Origin: Opitutales bacterium
GTDB lineage: Bacteria; Verrucomicrobiota; Verrucomicrobiia; Opitutales; JAFGAQ01
Assembly: GCA_022361075.1 (NCBI GenBank)
Contig: JAKSBQ010000466.1
Span: 7,680-71,679, forward strand
DNA length: 64,000 nt
Reading direction: 5' to 3'
Shown: piece by piece, positions 54,954 to 64,000 of the stretch
Layout: every line of letters starts with the position of its first letter
Position numbering within the stretch: the first letter of the stretch is position 1
Program-made: the position numbers and the translations under genes
Notes under the pieces: model-generated
What the model saw: the letters and a program-made list of their open reading frames with translations, nothing else
The model's database searches: none
What the model was told of the DNA's origin: nothing

Positions 54954-55436
54954 ATGAACGAATCTCTTAACAACCGAAGCCTCAAAATCATAAGTGGTGG
55001 TCAAACCGGTGTCGACCGAGCCGCTCTTGACGTCGCTCTCAATTTGGGCATCCAGGCAGGAGGTTTTTGTCCGAAGGACAGATGGGCGGAAGATGGACCC
55101 ATTCCTGATAGATATCCCGTGCGAGAGATCGACGGTGGGGTCGAAGAAAGGACTCTCATGAATGTCATCCACTCCGACGGCACCCTAATTTTCTTCAACA
55201 AAACCCTATCTGGCGGTTCCTTTTTCACCAAAGAGTGCTGTGTTGCGGAAAACACACCCTATCTGCTATTTGATCTGTCCAACGCAGAGAAGTCCTATAC
55301 TATTTCAGATTTTATCAGTCAAAACACAATCCACGTCCTCAACATTGCAGGTCCTCGCGCCAGCGAAGAACCCGGCATTTATAAGAGAGTTTTTAGCTTG
55401 CTGAACGATTTTTTCCAAAAAGACTGTATCCAGTAA
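54954..55436 (+). CDS. YpsA/'putative molybdenum carrier' SLOG-family protein
   Basis: KIISGGQTGVDRAALDVALNLGIQAGGFCPKDRWAEDGPIPDRYPVRE is the signature N-terminus of the family. Confidence 0.75.
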   Translation: MNESLNNRSLKIISGGQTGVDRAALDVALNLGIQAGGFCPKDRWAEDGPIPDRYPVREIDGGVEERTLMNVIHSDGTLIFFNKTLSGGSFFTKECCVAENTPYLLFDLSNAEKSYTISDFISQNTIHVLNIAGPRASEEPGIYKRVFSLLNDFFQKDCIQ

Positions 55437-55470
55437 CCGGCCTCAACTTTTAGCCATAAACAAAAAACAT

Positions 55471-55986
55471 ATGAAAAAAATCCTACTCACTCTCACACTC
55501 GCTTTGGTGTGTCTCAATCTAGGGTCTTCCGAAGAAACAGAATCGGTAGCCGCAAAACTCATGGATGTCATGAAAGTCGAGCAACAAATGCAATCAGGCT
55601 TTGATTCGATGATGCCAATGATCAATCAAATGGCTCAGCAAATGCAGCTCGGTCCGGATGAATTAGTTGAGTTAAAAGGAATCTACCAAGATTGGTTCAA
55701 AAACGATCTGGATCACCAGTCACTCGTTAACAAAATCACAGCACTCTACGAAGAATCTTTCACAGAAGATGAAATCAAAGGCCTGATCGCATTTTACCAA
55801 ACCGATCTTGGCCAAAAACTCACTCAAATCCAACCCATGCTCACTCAAAAAGGTGCCATGTTCGGGATGCAAGAAGCTCAGAGCAAACAAGCACTTCTCA
55901 TGGCTAAACTTAGGCCTTTCATGGAAGCTCATATGCCCAAACCACCTGCACCACCCACAGCACCCGAAGCAATTTCAGCTGAATAA
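55471..55986 (+). CDS. Secreted DUF2059-domain protein
   Basis: Signal peptide. YEESFTEDEIKGLIAFYQTDLGQKLTQIQPMLTQK matches the DUF2059 pattern (FT..EL..L..FY.SP.G.K). Confidence 0.65.
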   Translation: MKKILLTLTLALVCLNLGSSEETESVAAKLMDVMKVEQQMQSGFDSMMPMINQMAQQMQLGPDELVELKGIYQDWFKNDLDHQSLVNKITALYEESFTEDEIKGLIAFYQTDLGQKLTQIQPMLTQKGAMFGMQEAQSKQALLMAKLRPFMEAHMPKPPAPPTAPEAISAE

Positions 55987-56002
55987 GCGAAATCAATAAA
56001 AC

Positions 56003-56641
56003 TCACCGGGGTCGGAATGCACTTTCGATCCCGTCGAGGTGGCTCACATCACCCAACGTTTCCAAAGTCCAAAGATCTCCCCTCACCTCAAACACATTTA
56101 AGGAACAATTCCAAAGCGTGTAAGGTCTGGCTTGGCTGAGCGTAAGCCCGATGGTCTTCCTCAGGATCGCATCCACACCTCCTCCATGTGTGAAAACAAC
56201 TACCGTCTTTCCGCTGTTTTGCGCGGCAATGTCTCTGAAAACTTCTTCAAACCTAAATTGTTTCTCTCTGAGACTCTCTCCTCCTTCGGGCTTGTAGTCC
56301 GGGTCTTTTCTGGAAACACCCTCCCAAACGCCGGGATACTTCGACTCACTCTCTTCTTTGGTGAGACCCTCAAGGACTCCAAACGCTCGCTCCCGTAATC
56401 GTTCGTCTTGTATCACTTCCTTTCCAAGCGCCGTCGCAGCTGGCAATGCAGTCCGCAAACACCTTCCCAAGTCGCTGGAATAAATTTTATCGATCTGCAA
56501 TTTAGACAAACGAAGTCCGACCGCATCTGCCTGTTGAAGACCTCTTTCGGTCAATGGACTGTTCTTCTGCCCTTGCCAGACACCTTTTACGTTCCACTCC
56601 GTCTCTCCATGCCTAATGACGATTAACTTGCAAGCTTCCAT
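56003..56641 (-). CDS. Histidine phosphatase family protein (phosphoglycerate mutase-like)
   Basis: KLIVIRHGETEWN is the RHG motif and FTHGG is the second His. The start is MEACKLIV. Confidence 0.85.
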   Translation of the reverse strand: MEACKLIVIRHGETEWNVKGVWQGQKNSPLTERGLQQADAVGLRLSKLQIDKIYSSDLGRCLRTALPAATALGKEVIQDERLRERAFGVLEGLTKEESESKYPGVWEGVSRKDPDYKPEGGESLREKQFRFEEVFRDIAAQNSGKTVVVFTHGGGVDAILRKTIGLTLSQARPYTLWNCSLNVFEVRGDLWTLETLGDVSHLDGIESAFRPR

Positions 56642-56837
56642 GAGCACGATCAAGCAGTCAGCTACACCCCGCTTCAAGCGAATTCCCTAAAGGTTTCGAT
56701 TTTGAAACAGAATATTCTGACCACAGATTATTGGGATTACTCTCAGTTAATAAAAAAGAAATCCTTCGGATCAGTGGAATCCGCGGTAAGAAATTAACAT
56801 CAGCCACCCCGAATTCGCACTAAATTGCGATCAGTAA

Positions 56838-57962
56838 TTACTGCGCCTTGACAAACACTCGTACCGCCACAGCTCCGATGAAAATAAGGGGGATGCCCGC
56901 CGCAATGAATGGTTCCACCACGCCCGCGTCACCCATAATCGTCGAAATGTTGGAAACGATGAAATAGAGCACGAAAAGACCAACCGCCTTCGAGATACCG
57001 ATCATCGGATTGGTCCTCACTCCAGATGCCGCAAAAGGCACCCCAAATCCCACTACGAGGAAGCAGATTAACGGAGACAGCAGATTGCGAAAATAGCGAA
57101 CTTCGTAGGGCACGATCGCTGGTGTCTCAAATCCTTCGTAAGCGTCAATGACTCGTCTCAACTCGAAAAGCGACAAATCCTGCGGTTTCTTTCGCAGGTA
57201 AATCATGATCTGAGGATCTTCGTTTACATCAGGTTTGAGTAAAGTTTCAAACCCTCGATTACGGTAAGGTTCCTCCGATTCTCCGTCAAAAAAGAGCTCC
57301 CTTCCCTTTTCAAAACTCCACGATCCCAACTCCGCGTCGTAACTGGCGTGAGCTGCCCGAATCCGATAAACCTCCCGGCCTTTTTCGTCCATTTGATAAA
57401 CAGTCACCTCCTCACCTCGACGTAAGAATGGATCGTAATTCCCCATGAGCCAAAGGCGTTGTTCATGAAAATTGAGATAACCTAAATTCCGAACGATTTC
57501 CTTTTTTTCCTGCTTGGTGGCAACCTCCGCAGATTCAGCGTTTACCCGGCGTTCGTGAATCTTAGTCTCAAGATCCGATTGGGTCTCCACCGACCACGGA
57601 ACAAAACTGGCGTCGAGATATAAAATCGTCCCAGCAAGAACAAACGCTGCGAACATCAGCGGCTGACTGATCTTCCACAAACTGATTCCTGCCGCCCGCA
57701 TCGCGACAATCTCGTTTTTGCGGTGCATCACACCAATGGAAAACAAAACCGAAAGCAGTAGAACAATCGGAATAATCGAGGGCAGAAACAGGGGAACTTT
57801 CAATAAAAACAAAAAGATGATCTCACCCCAAGTCGCGCCCTTTTCGATCCATCCATTGAGGCGGCTGTAGACTTCCTGGATCACAATCAGTCCGACCACC
57901 AGGCAACCTGTGATCAGAAAAACCTTAATCCATTCGTTCCAGATGTATCGATACAACTTCAC
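56838..57962 (-). CDS. LptF/LptG-family LPS export permease
   Basis: 374 aa. YjgP/YjgQ topology: three TM helices, a periplasmic beta-jellyroll, then three TM helices. MKLYRYIWNEWIKVFLI is typical. Confidence 0.8.
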   Translation of the reverse strand: MKLYRYIWNEWIKVFLITGCLVVGLIVIQEVYSRLNGWIEKGATWGEIIFLFLLKVPLFLPSIIPIVLLLSVLFSIGVMHRKNEIVAMRAAGISLWKISQPLMFAAFVLAGTILYLDASFVPWSVETQSDLETKIHERRVNAESAEVATKQEKKEIVRNLGYLNFHEQRLWLMGNYDPFLRRGEEVTVYQMDEKGREVYRIRAAHASYDAELGSWSFEKGRELFFDGESEEPYRNRGFETLLKPDVNEDPQIMIYLRKKPQDLSLFELRRVIDAYEGFETPAIVPYEVRYFRNLLSPLICFLVVGFGVPFAASGVRTNPMIGISKAVGLFVLYFIVSNISTIMGDAGVVEPFIAAGIPLIFIGAVAVRVFVKAQ

Positions 57963-58753
57963 GTTTTCTTCGCCTGCTCACTCTCAATCCAGCGTTTAAA
58001 TGCTTCGTACAGACCTAGGTGAGTGATATGGGGGTCCATGATCCAGCTACTTTCACCGACGCTCTCCCAAAACTCCGTATCCCCACCAGTAACAACTATT
58101 TTTGGGTCCTGCTTGGTGCGTTCCTTCAATTCTGTTTTGATCGGCTCAAGTAATGACCTGACCATTCCCTGAAATCCTCTCCGACAACCGATACCGATCG
58201 CCTCTTTGGTCGATTTCCCAACTGCCGAGGTCGTTTTCCAATCTTTGGAATGCACTTGAGGCAGTAAAGCCGTCTTTTCATGCAGGTAATTCGACATCAA
58301 GTTCAGCCCGGGTGCGATCACTCCGCCTTCGTAACCCCTGTCTCCTGAAACCACGTCAAAAGTCACAGCAGTTCCCATATCGATCACCACGGAAGGAGTT
58401 CCATATTTCGCCTGAGCACCCACTCCATTTGCCAAACGATCCTGCCCAATCTCATTCGGATCGGGATAGTCTATGTTCATCCCGATACAGGTCTTCGCAG
58501 TAAGATTAAAAAGACGTGTGGTGAAGATACGCAAATGCTTGATCAAATGAGGATAAATTCCCGGAACCACCGAACAAAAGGACACCCCCACTATTCCACT
58601 TGAGCTCACCAGCTGGTCCAATACTTCAGCCATGCGGTTACCGGACATGGAAATCTCTCGCGTCTGAATTTTTGAAATCTCGTCCACTCCATCCGGTTTC
58701 ACTACCGCGATGTGAGTAAACGTGTTTCCAACATCAATACATAAAACATTCAT
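57959..58753 (-). CDS. coaX: Type III pantothenate kinase
   Basis: LCIDVGNTFTHIAV ... VIDMGTAVTFD ... GGVIAPG. 264 aa. Confidence 0.9.
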   Translation of the reverse strand: MNVLCIDVGNTFTHIAVVKPDGVDEISKIQTREISMSGNRMAEVLDQLVSSSGIVGVSFCSVVPGIYPHLIKHLRIFTTRLFNLTAKTCIGMNIDYPDPNEIGQDRLANGVGAQAKYGTPSVVIDMGTAVTFDVVSGDRGYEGGVIAPGLNLMSNYLHEKTALLPQVHSKDWKTTSAVGKSTKEAIGIGCRRGFQGMVRSLLEPIKTELKERTKQDPKIVVTGGDTEFWESVGESSWIMDPHITHLGLYEAFKRWIESEQAKKT

Positions 58754-59748
58754 GAGTTTGCGTCGAACCTGAGGGTCACCTCTCCGGAATGAACGGTCTC
58801 CATTTCGCCGTTTTCTAATTCCAATATCAGGTGTCCTTCCGAGTTAATTCCTTTAGCTGTTCCTTCTAGCTCATTTGCAGGCCGCTTGGCAACAACCTTG
58901 CGATCCTTCAAAAAATCATATTCCTCCCATACTTCTAAAATTTGATCTTCCAAAATTTCAGAAAAATATTGCTGCGCCGATCTCATCAGGCATTCACAGA
59001 TCTTGGCTGCCATCGGTGCAAACTCCAACGGGCCTTCCACCCACTCACAAAGTGCAGTTGCTTTCTTCTTTAGCTCTCCTTTTGAGCTCCTGAACGATCG
59101 ATTCACATTCAGGCCGAGCCCGATGATGAGGTGCTGCACGTGGTCCGTATCGATTTTTGCCTCCGACAAAATACCCGCCACTTTTCTTCCTTCCACATAC
59201 AAATCGTTAGGCCACTTCACCATACACGGAATCCCGTATGTTTCTCGAAGCAATCTTGCCAACTGCAACCCAACCCAGAGCGTGATCGAACCCATTCGCG
59301 TGACTTCGATATTCGGGCGAAAACCGGCACTCACATACAGATTGGAATTTGAATCGCTTTCCCACTGATTTCCCCGGCGTCCTTTTCCATTTGACTGCCG
59401 CCCGGCGATCACACAGATCGGTGCTTCAGCACCGGCGTTCAGCATGCGATCGAGTTCTGTGTTCGTACTATCCAGTTCCTCAAAACAAACCAGCGAGCCC
59501 TTAAGTTCCAGTGCTCGAGAGTGATACTCAACTCCTGCTTGATGGAAGCAGCTCGGTTCCTTCTCCAGAAGATACCCGCGGTTGCGAACAGCCTCGATCT
59601 GATAGCCTTCCTTAACCCACTGGTCCACGTAATTTTTTACACTCACACGGGAGACTCCAAAATCTTTCGAAAGATCCCCTCCCGAGACCCAATCCCCCCG
59701 GTTTCGCAGCAACGTGTGCAACATTCTGTCTCGAACGTCCTTCATCAA
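58750..59748 (-). CDS. birA: Bifunctional biotin-[acetyl-CoA-carboxylase] ligase / repressor
   Basis: N-terminal wHTH (SGGDLSKDFGVSRVSVKNYV), GRQSNGKGRRGNQWES (GRGRxGR motif), KWPNDL. Confidence 0.9.
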   Translation of the reverse strand: MMKDVRDRMLHTLLRNRGDWVSGGDLSKDFGVSRVSVKNYVDQWVKEGYQIEAVRNRGYLLEKEPSCFHQAGVEYHSRALELKGSLVCFEELDSTNTELDRMLNAGAEAPICVIAGRQSNGKGRRGNQWESDSNSNLYVSAGFRPNIEVTRMGSITLWVGLQLARLLRETYGIPCMVKWPNDLYVEGRKVAGILSEAKIDTDHVQHLIIGLGLNVNRSFRSSKGELKKKATALCEWVEGPLEFAPMAAKICECLMRSAQQYFSEILEDQILEVWEEYDFLKDRKVVAKRPANELEGTAKGINSEGHLILELENGEMETVHSGEVTLRFDANS

Positions 59749-59751
59749 TCC

Positions 59752-60666
59752 TTATACCCAATCCAAGCCGATATCGACCCACCTGCTTTGGTGAATCAAG
59801 GCTCCACAGGATACAAAATCAACGCCCGTTTCGGCGATATTCACAAGCCGATCTTTCTCCACGCCTCCGCTAGCCTCTGTGATGGCACGTCCATCAACAA
59901 TGCCCACCGCTTGGCGGAGCTGTTCGTCGGAAAAGTTGTCCAGCATGACAATGTCCGCGCCAGACCTGACGACAGGCTCAATTTGCTCCATCCTATCGAC
60001 TTCAACCTCCACGATGTAGTCTGGGAAATTCGATTTCACCTGAGCAACTTTGCTTTCCAGAGCAGTTCCTTCTCCTGAGGAAGTGCTTGAGAGGTGATTA
60101 TCCTTCACCAAAATCCAGTGATACAACCCAAGCCTATGATTCCACCCACCACCGCAAGCCACTGCGTATTTCTCGAGCAGGCGATAACCGGGTGTCGTCT
60201 TTCGAGTGTCCAAAACACGGGTGTGTTTTCCCTGCAGCAAATCTGCATACATTCGGGTCTCTGTCGCAACACCCGAGAGGTGTTGTAGGAAATTCAGAAT
60301 GATTCGCTCCGCCTGCAGCATCTGGGCAACATCACCAACCAGAGCGCCGATCCGATCGCCAACGTTGAGCTGCGATCCGTCCGCCATCGCTGCCTCGTAT
60401 CTGCACTTTCCGCCGTAGGTTTCGAGAATTAGCGGAATTAAAGGAGTCCCGGAAACCACGATGGGTTTCCTTGCGACGAGCTCAGCCTTACCTTCGATCG
60501 GCTCCATCACGATAGCCTCAGTCGTTTTGTCTCCGATAGATACAGGTTTTTCGACGAGTCCCCATCCCGCCAGGTCTTCCGCCTTTGCGATCTCAATCAA
60601 CCGACGAAGGTCTGAAGAATCTAACTGATCCCATGAAACCTGCTGAAACCCGTGATTTTCCTGCAT
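59752..60666 (-). CDS. nadC: Nicotinate-nucleotide pyrophosphorylase (quinolinate phosphoribosyltransferase)
   Basis: AERIILNFLQHLSGVAT, LDTRKTTPGYR, KYAVACGGGWNHRLGLY, IVMLDN. Confidence 0.9.
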   Translation of the reverse strand: MQENHGFQQVSWDQLDSSDLRRLIEIAKAEDLAGWGLVEKPVSIGDKTTEAIVMEPIEGKAELVARKPIVVSGTPLIPLILETYGGKCRYEAAMADGSQLNVGDRIGALVGDVAQMLQAERIILNFLQHLSGVATETRMYADLLQGKHTRVLDTRKTTPGYRLLEKYAVACGGGWNHRLGLYHWILVKDNHLSSTSSGEGTALESKVAQVKSNFPDYIVEVEVDRMEQIEPVVRSGADIVMLDNFSDEQLRQAVGIVDGRAITEASGGVEKDRLVNIAETGVDFVSCGALIHQSRWVDIGLDWV

Positions 60667-60672
60667 TTTAAT

Positions 60673-61332
60673 CTAAATTTCCTGACTCACTCGATTCGCG
60701 ATGTGCTCCACCACCTCATCGAGGGTCATGTTTGAAGTGTCCACGCGCTCCGCTCCTTCTGGAATTTTAAGCGGTGCTGACTTACGATTGGAATCCATTT
60801 GATCCCGTTCTTTGATGGAATCGATCTGTCCCTCTTTCGCCCGACGAGCCTGACGAGTCGCTTCATCGGCTTCCAAAAAAAACCTCATTTTCGCCTTCGG
60901 AAAAACGACTGAACCAATGTCTCTACCTTCCATCACGAGACCGTCGAAACCTTCTTTTTCAAAAATACAAGCGTGATCACGCTGATACTGAAGCAGTTTT
61001 GCACGAACGATCGGGATCGACGCAAATTTTGACACCGCCGCATTCACCTCTTCTGATCGAATCTGAGAATCCCCTATTTTTTTACCGTTCAAGAGAATCT
61101 GGGACATACGCCCAACCACCTCATAACCGAGTTCGATTTTTTCCAGAGCCTCTTTCACGCTCTCTAAATTTTCAGGATCACAACCTGTTTGAAGCAAAGC
61201 ATGGGTGATACTCCGGTAATAGGAACCCGTATCGACATGCAACAGGTTGAGTCGATCCGCCAATGCCCGGGAAGTTGAGGACTTTCCGGAAGCGGCTCCT
61301 CCATCGATAGTAATGATATGATTAAGACTCAT
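60673..61332 (-). CDS. cmk: Cytidylate kinase
   Basis: IITIDGGAASGKSSTSRALA, HVDTGSYYR, MEGRDIGSVVFP. Confidence 0.95.
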   Translation of the reverse strand: MSLNHIITIDGGAASGKSSTSRALADRLNLLHVDTGSYYRSITHALLQTGCDPENLESVKEALEKIELGYEVVGRMSQILLNGKKIGDSQIRSEEVNAAVSKFASIPIVRAKLLQYQRDHACIFEKEGFDGLVMEGRDIGSVVFPKAKMRFFLEADEATRQARRAKEGQIDSIKERDQMDSNRKSAPLKIPEGAERVDTSNMTLDEVVEHIANRVSQEI

Positions 61333-61381
61333 GGTGCTTCGGCCACTGTCAACAAACTCAACGTTTAGGCAAATTCAAAAT

Positions 61382-61858
61382 CTAAAGCTCACGATACATG
61401 ATGTGCGTGTCGACAAGCCCTAACTGCGAATGATCGAATGCCTTAGGAGTGGTTCCGACGATTCGGAAGCCAATCTTTTTCCAGAGCTTCACTGCAGCTT
61501 GGTTAGTGGAAACCACATGATTAAATTGCATAGCCTTAAATCCGAGAATCCTAGCATGGTCCAACGAGTGAAGTCCCATCTCTTTGCCAATTTCCTTTCC
61601 TTGATGATCCGGGTGAACCATGTAAGAACCGTTGGCAACATGTGAGCCGAGCGCTAACTGATTCGGTTTGACGATATAGGTTCCCACGACCTCAGCGTCC
61701 TGCACAGCAACCATCGGCTCATAACGCATCCAGTGCTCAAGAAAGACTTCAATACCCGAATCCGGAGCGAAAACGTAGGTATCTCCGGTCGCAATCACCT
61801 TGCGGAAGATCTCCCAGATTGCTGATTCATCCTGAGGACTACTTTTCCGAATTTCCAT
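61382..61858 (-). CDS. GNAT-family N-acetyltransferase
   Basis: 158 aa. QGKEIGKEM (acetyl-CoA Q/RxxGxG/A-like motif) and NQAAVKLWKKIGF. Confidence 0.8.
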   Translation of the reverse strand: MEIRKSSPQDESAIWEIFRKVIATGDTYVFAPDSGIEVFLEHWMRYEPMVAVQDAEVVGTYIVKPNQLALGSHVANGSYMVHPDHQGKEIGKEMGLHSLDHARILGFKAMQFNHVVSTNQAAVKLWKKIGFRIVGTTPKAFDHSQLGLVDTHIMYREL

Positions 61859-61860
61859 AA

Positions 61861-62250
61861 TTAGACGGTGATCTCAATCCGATTTCCCTCAGGATCAAAA
61901 ACTACACTTTCGTAATAGCCATCTCCCGTTCGTCGCGGATCATCGATCACTTGGTGACCGTCATCTTTTAAACGCTCGGTTAGTGCATCGACTTGCGATT
62001 CAGATCCCAACGACATCGCAAAATGGATAAGACCTGTAAACTGAACAATCGGATCGTCCTTCGTTTCAGGAACGCTATCCATCTTCATCAACTCCAGACG
62101 GGCTCCCGATTCAAAACTGAGGAAATAGGATGAGAATCCTTTGCTAATGTTGGTATATTTCTCGTTCGAAGTGGCTTCAAAGTATTTCATATAAAATTCC
62201 CTGAGCTTCTCCAAATCCCTGCACCAAATCGCGATGTGATCGATTTTCAT
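61861..62250 (-). CDS. VOC (glyoxalase/bleomycin-resistance/dioxygenase) family protein
   Basis: 129 aa. MKIDHIAIWCRDLEKLREFY ... FDPEGNRIEI. Confidence 0.8.
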   Translation of the reverse strand: MKIDHIAIWCRDLEKLREFYMKYFEATSNEKYTNISKGFSSYFLSFESGARLELMKMDSVPETKDDPIVQFTGLIHFAMSLGSESQVDALTERLKDDGHQVIDDPRRTGDGYYESVVFDPEGNRIEITV

Positions 62251-62417
62251 GATTTGCTTTATGAAGATCTCTTGTGCTTTCGAATAAGCTTCATAGCCCA
62301 GTCGTAATGGTTCGACGTCGCAGAAACGAAATAAGCGTCCAACGAGGTCGTTCCACTCCGCCTATATCGCTTCTTTTCAAAAAGCTCTTTGTTTACGGGT
62401 CGGGGCATCGTTTGAGA

Positions 62418-63758
62418 TCAGTCTCTTAGGTTATCCAAAACCGTAAAAAATTCAGGGAAGGTCTTCGAGCAGCAACCAGGATCAAGGACCGTCATCCAGG
62501 GTTTTCCATTTTCCAATACATCACAGCATCCCAAAATTCCGAAACTCATCGCGATACGGTGGTCTTTGTAGGTCTCGATCTCCACACCTCTTTCGGCAAC
62601 CTCCTTTAAGGCGTCTCGATTTGGTGATACCTCCAGATAGTCCTCACCTTCCTCCACCGTCTGCCCCAACTTCTTCAACTCTGTTGCCATCGCACTGACT
62701 CGATCAGACTCCTGTCTGCGAGTGTGTGCGATGCCTTCGATCCGTATTGGGTAGGTGAAGAGCGGGCTAATGGCCGCCAAGCTCATGAAGGTGTCCGAAA
62801 ACTCGTAGAAGTTGAAAACACGTGGTTTCAGCTCTGCATTCGAAAACCCGATTTTTATACCTGTCCCATTCTTTTTAGCCTGCGCGCCAAGTTCTTCGAG
62901 AACCTTAAGATAAGCTACATCCCCCTGCAATCCATCAGGATCGAAGTGATGCACAGACAATGCACCCCCAACCACTTTAGGCAGTGAAAGAAAATAACTC
63001 GCAGCACTAGCGTCCGACTCAATGGTATATTTTCCTTCAGATCGATGATACCCGTCTCCTGGATCGATCTCGAACCTGGTAAAAGTATCGTTCCAGCTCA
63101 CTCCACGAACCCCAAAATCCGCCATCATATGCTGGGTCATCTTCACGTAGGCTTTACGGACTTTGGAATTGATCAGCTCGATCGAGATTTTTTCTTTAGC
63201 CAAACCCGCGCACATCATCGCAGCCGACAAAATTTGACTCGTTTCAGAGGCGTCAACTTTCAGATCGCTACTGCCAAAACCACGAGGCTTAATCACAAAC
63301 GGGATTTGGCCTTTAGAGTGTTCAAATTCAATCTCCGTCCCAAGCTGCTTCAACGCGTCGGTCAACCCTTTCATCGGGCGTCCCCTCATCACTTCGGTCC
63401 CGTTCACCCGATAGTTTCCGCTCAGTTGCACCCCTAACACTGCAATGAGAAGCCTAGCAACGGTCCCAGCTGTACCTACAAAAATATCTGCTTTCTTCAC
63501 AGGAAAAACACCTTCCACACCACAAACTTTTAGCCGAGTTTCCTCTTCCCTTTCGATAATTACGCCCAAGGTTTGAAGTGCCTCGATCATCAACTGGCTA
63601 TCCTCGCTCACCAGTGTGCCCTCCAGTAAAACCTCTCCTCGGCTCATCACTGCCATCAGCAACGCACGGTTGGTGATACTTTTCGAACCTGGCAGATAAA
63701 CTGAACCTTCGACAGGTTTCTGGAAGGGCCGAATAGGCAGTTTTTCAGGAAGCTCCAT
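62418..63758 (-). CDS. aroA: 3-phosphoshikimate 1-carboxyvinyltransferase (EPSP synthase)
   Basis: VYLPGSKSITNRALLMA, GTAGTVARLL, RPMKGL, ESDRVSAMATELKKLG, DHRIAMSF. The start is MELPEKLP (63758), with an alternative at 63773. Confidence 0.9.
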   Translation of the reverse strand: MELPEKLPIRPFQKPVEGSVYLPGSKSITNRALLMAVMSRGEVLLEGTLVSEDSQLMIEALQTLGVIIEREEETRLKVCGVEGVFPVKKADIFVGTAGTVARLLIAVLGVQLSGNYRVNGTEVMRGRPMKGLTDALKQLGTEIEFEHSKGQIPFVIKPRGFGSSDLKVDASETSQILSAAMMCAGLAKEKISIELINSKVRKAYVKMTQHMMADFGVRGVSWNDTFTRFEIDPGDGYHRSEGKYTIESDASAASYFLSLPKVVGGALSVHHFDPDGLQGDVAYLKVLEELGAQAKKNGTGIKIGFSNAELKPRVFNFYEFSDTFMSLAAISPLFTYPIRIEGIAHTRRQESDRVSAMATELKKLGQTVEEGEDYLEVSPNRDALKEVAERGVEIETYKDHRIAMSFGILGCCDVLENGKPWMTVLDPGCCSKTFPEFFTVLDNLRD

Positions 63759-63900
63759 GATGATTTTCAGCATTCTTTTTGCAGACACAACTGACAACGA
63801 AAAACTTTCAGGTTTCTGAGTATAGACTCCTGCTTGCAAAACTTTTGAGACCAAACTAATTTGGAGGACAAAAAAGGGTTGAGACCTTACGCCTTAGTTT

Positions 63901-64000
63901 ATGAAAGAATGCCGTCTTATTTACAAAAGTCTCTCAACAGATGAGATTGTCTCCAACGAGACCCTCCAGGAAATCATTGAAAAAGGATCAAAGAACAACA
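63901..64000 (+). CDS. BLUF (blue-light FAD sensor) domain protein, N-terminal fragment at window edge
   Basis: My translation is MKECRLIYKSLSTDEIVSNETLQEIIEKGSKNN. It fits the BLUF N-terminal pattern (RLIY.S......L..I...S..NN). Confidence 0.55.
   Translation, partial: MKECRLIYKSLSTDEIVSNETLQEIIEKGSKNN

Noticed and set aside
1-64000. CRISPR arrays, tRNA/rRNA genes, IS elements, prophage or defence-system genes
   Set aside because: Reading all intergenic regions by eye, I found no regularly spaced direct repeats, cloverleaf-like sequences, transposase or integrase ORFs, or nuclease/ATPase defence-type ORFs. This visual scan cannot exclude small ncRNAs.

Overview
The window is 64 kb of bacterial chromosome at about 50% GC, densely coded, from a flagellated Gram-negative marine-type heterotroph. 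The phylum cannot be fixed from sequence alone: GAAGG-rich intergenic repeats and Trp-rich secreted repeat modules feel PVC/Verrucomicrobia-like, while one T9SS-like C-terminal tail would argue for the FCB group. No rRNA, tRNA, CRISPR array, transposase or integrase was seen. Order of content: (1) a truncated GH43 hydrolase. (2) An accessory envelope locus at 1.4-9.1 kb: a four-gene operon (DUF4266-like lipoprotein, TlpA-like thioredoxin, DUF3570-like outer-membrane barrel, 740-aa thioredoxin plus repeat protein), a tandem spondin_N protein, and a divergent ECF sigma/anti-sigma pair. Four copies of one ECF-type promoter, GGGAATA-N13-WTCGTY, sit in front of these units, and this is my best candidate for an undescribed system. 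(3) satP, an EamA transporter, and an arsR-arsC-(58-aa Cys-rich ORF)-permease cassette bracketed by repeats. (4) A frameshifted GH43 and a beta-helix hydrolase. (5) A DEAD-box helicase, HPF, and a wHTH plus kinase-like gene pair. (6) A tandem USP translationally coupled to mrpABCDEFG. (7) purE-purK-sbtA-ppc. (8) Two response regulators plus a PAS histidine kinase. (9) flgFGAHIJ-flgN-flgKL plus a Sel1 gene. (10) A sugar-acid-type catabolic locus. (11) Housekeeping genes: lptF/G, coaX, birA, nadC, cmk, aroA. (12) A BLUF gene start at the right edge. All calls rest on reading the supplied translations and the DNA by eye; no searches were run.
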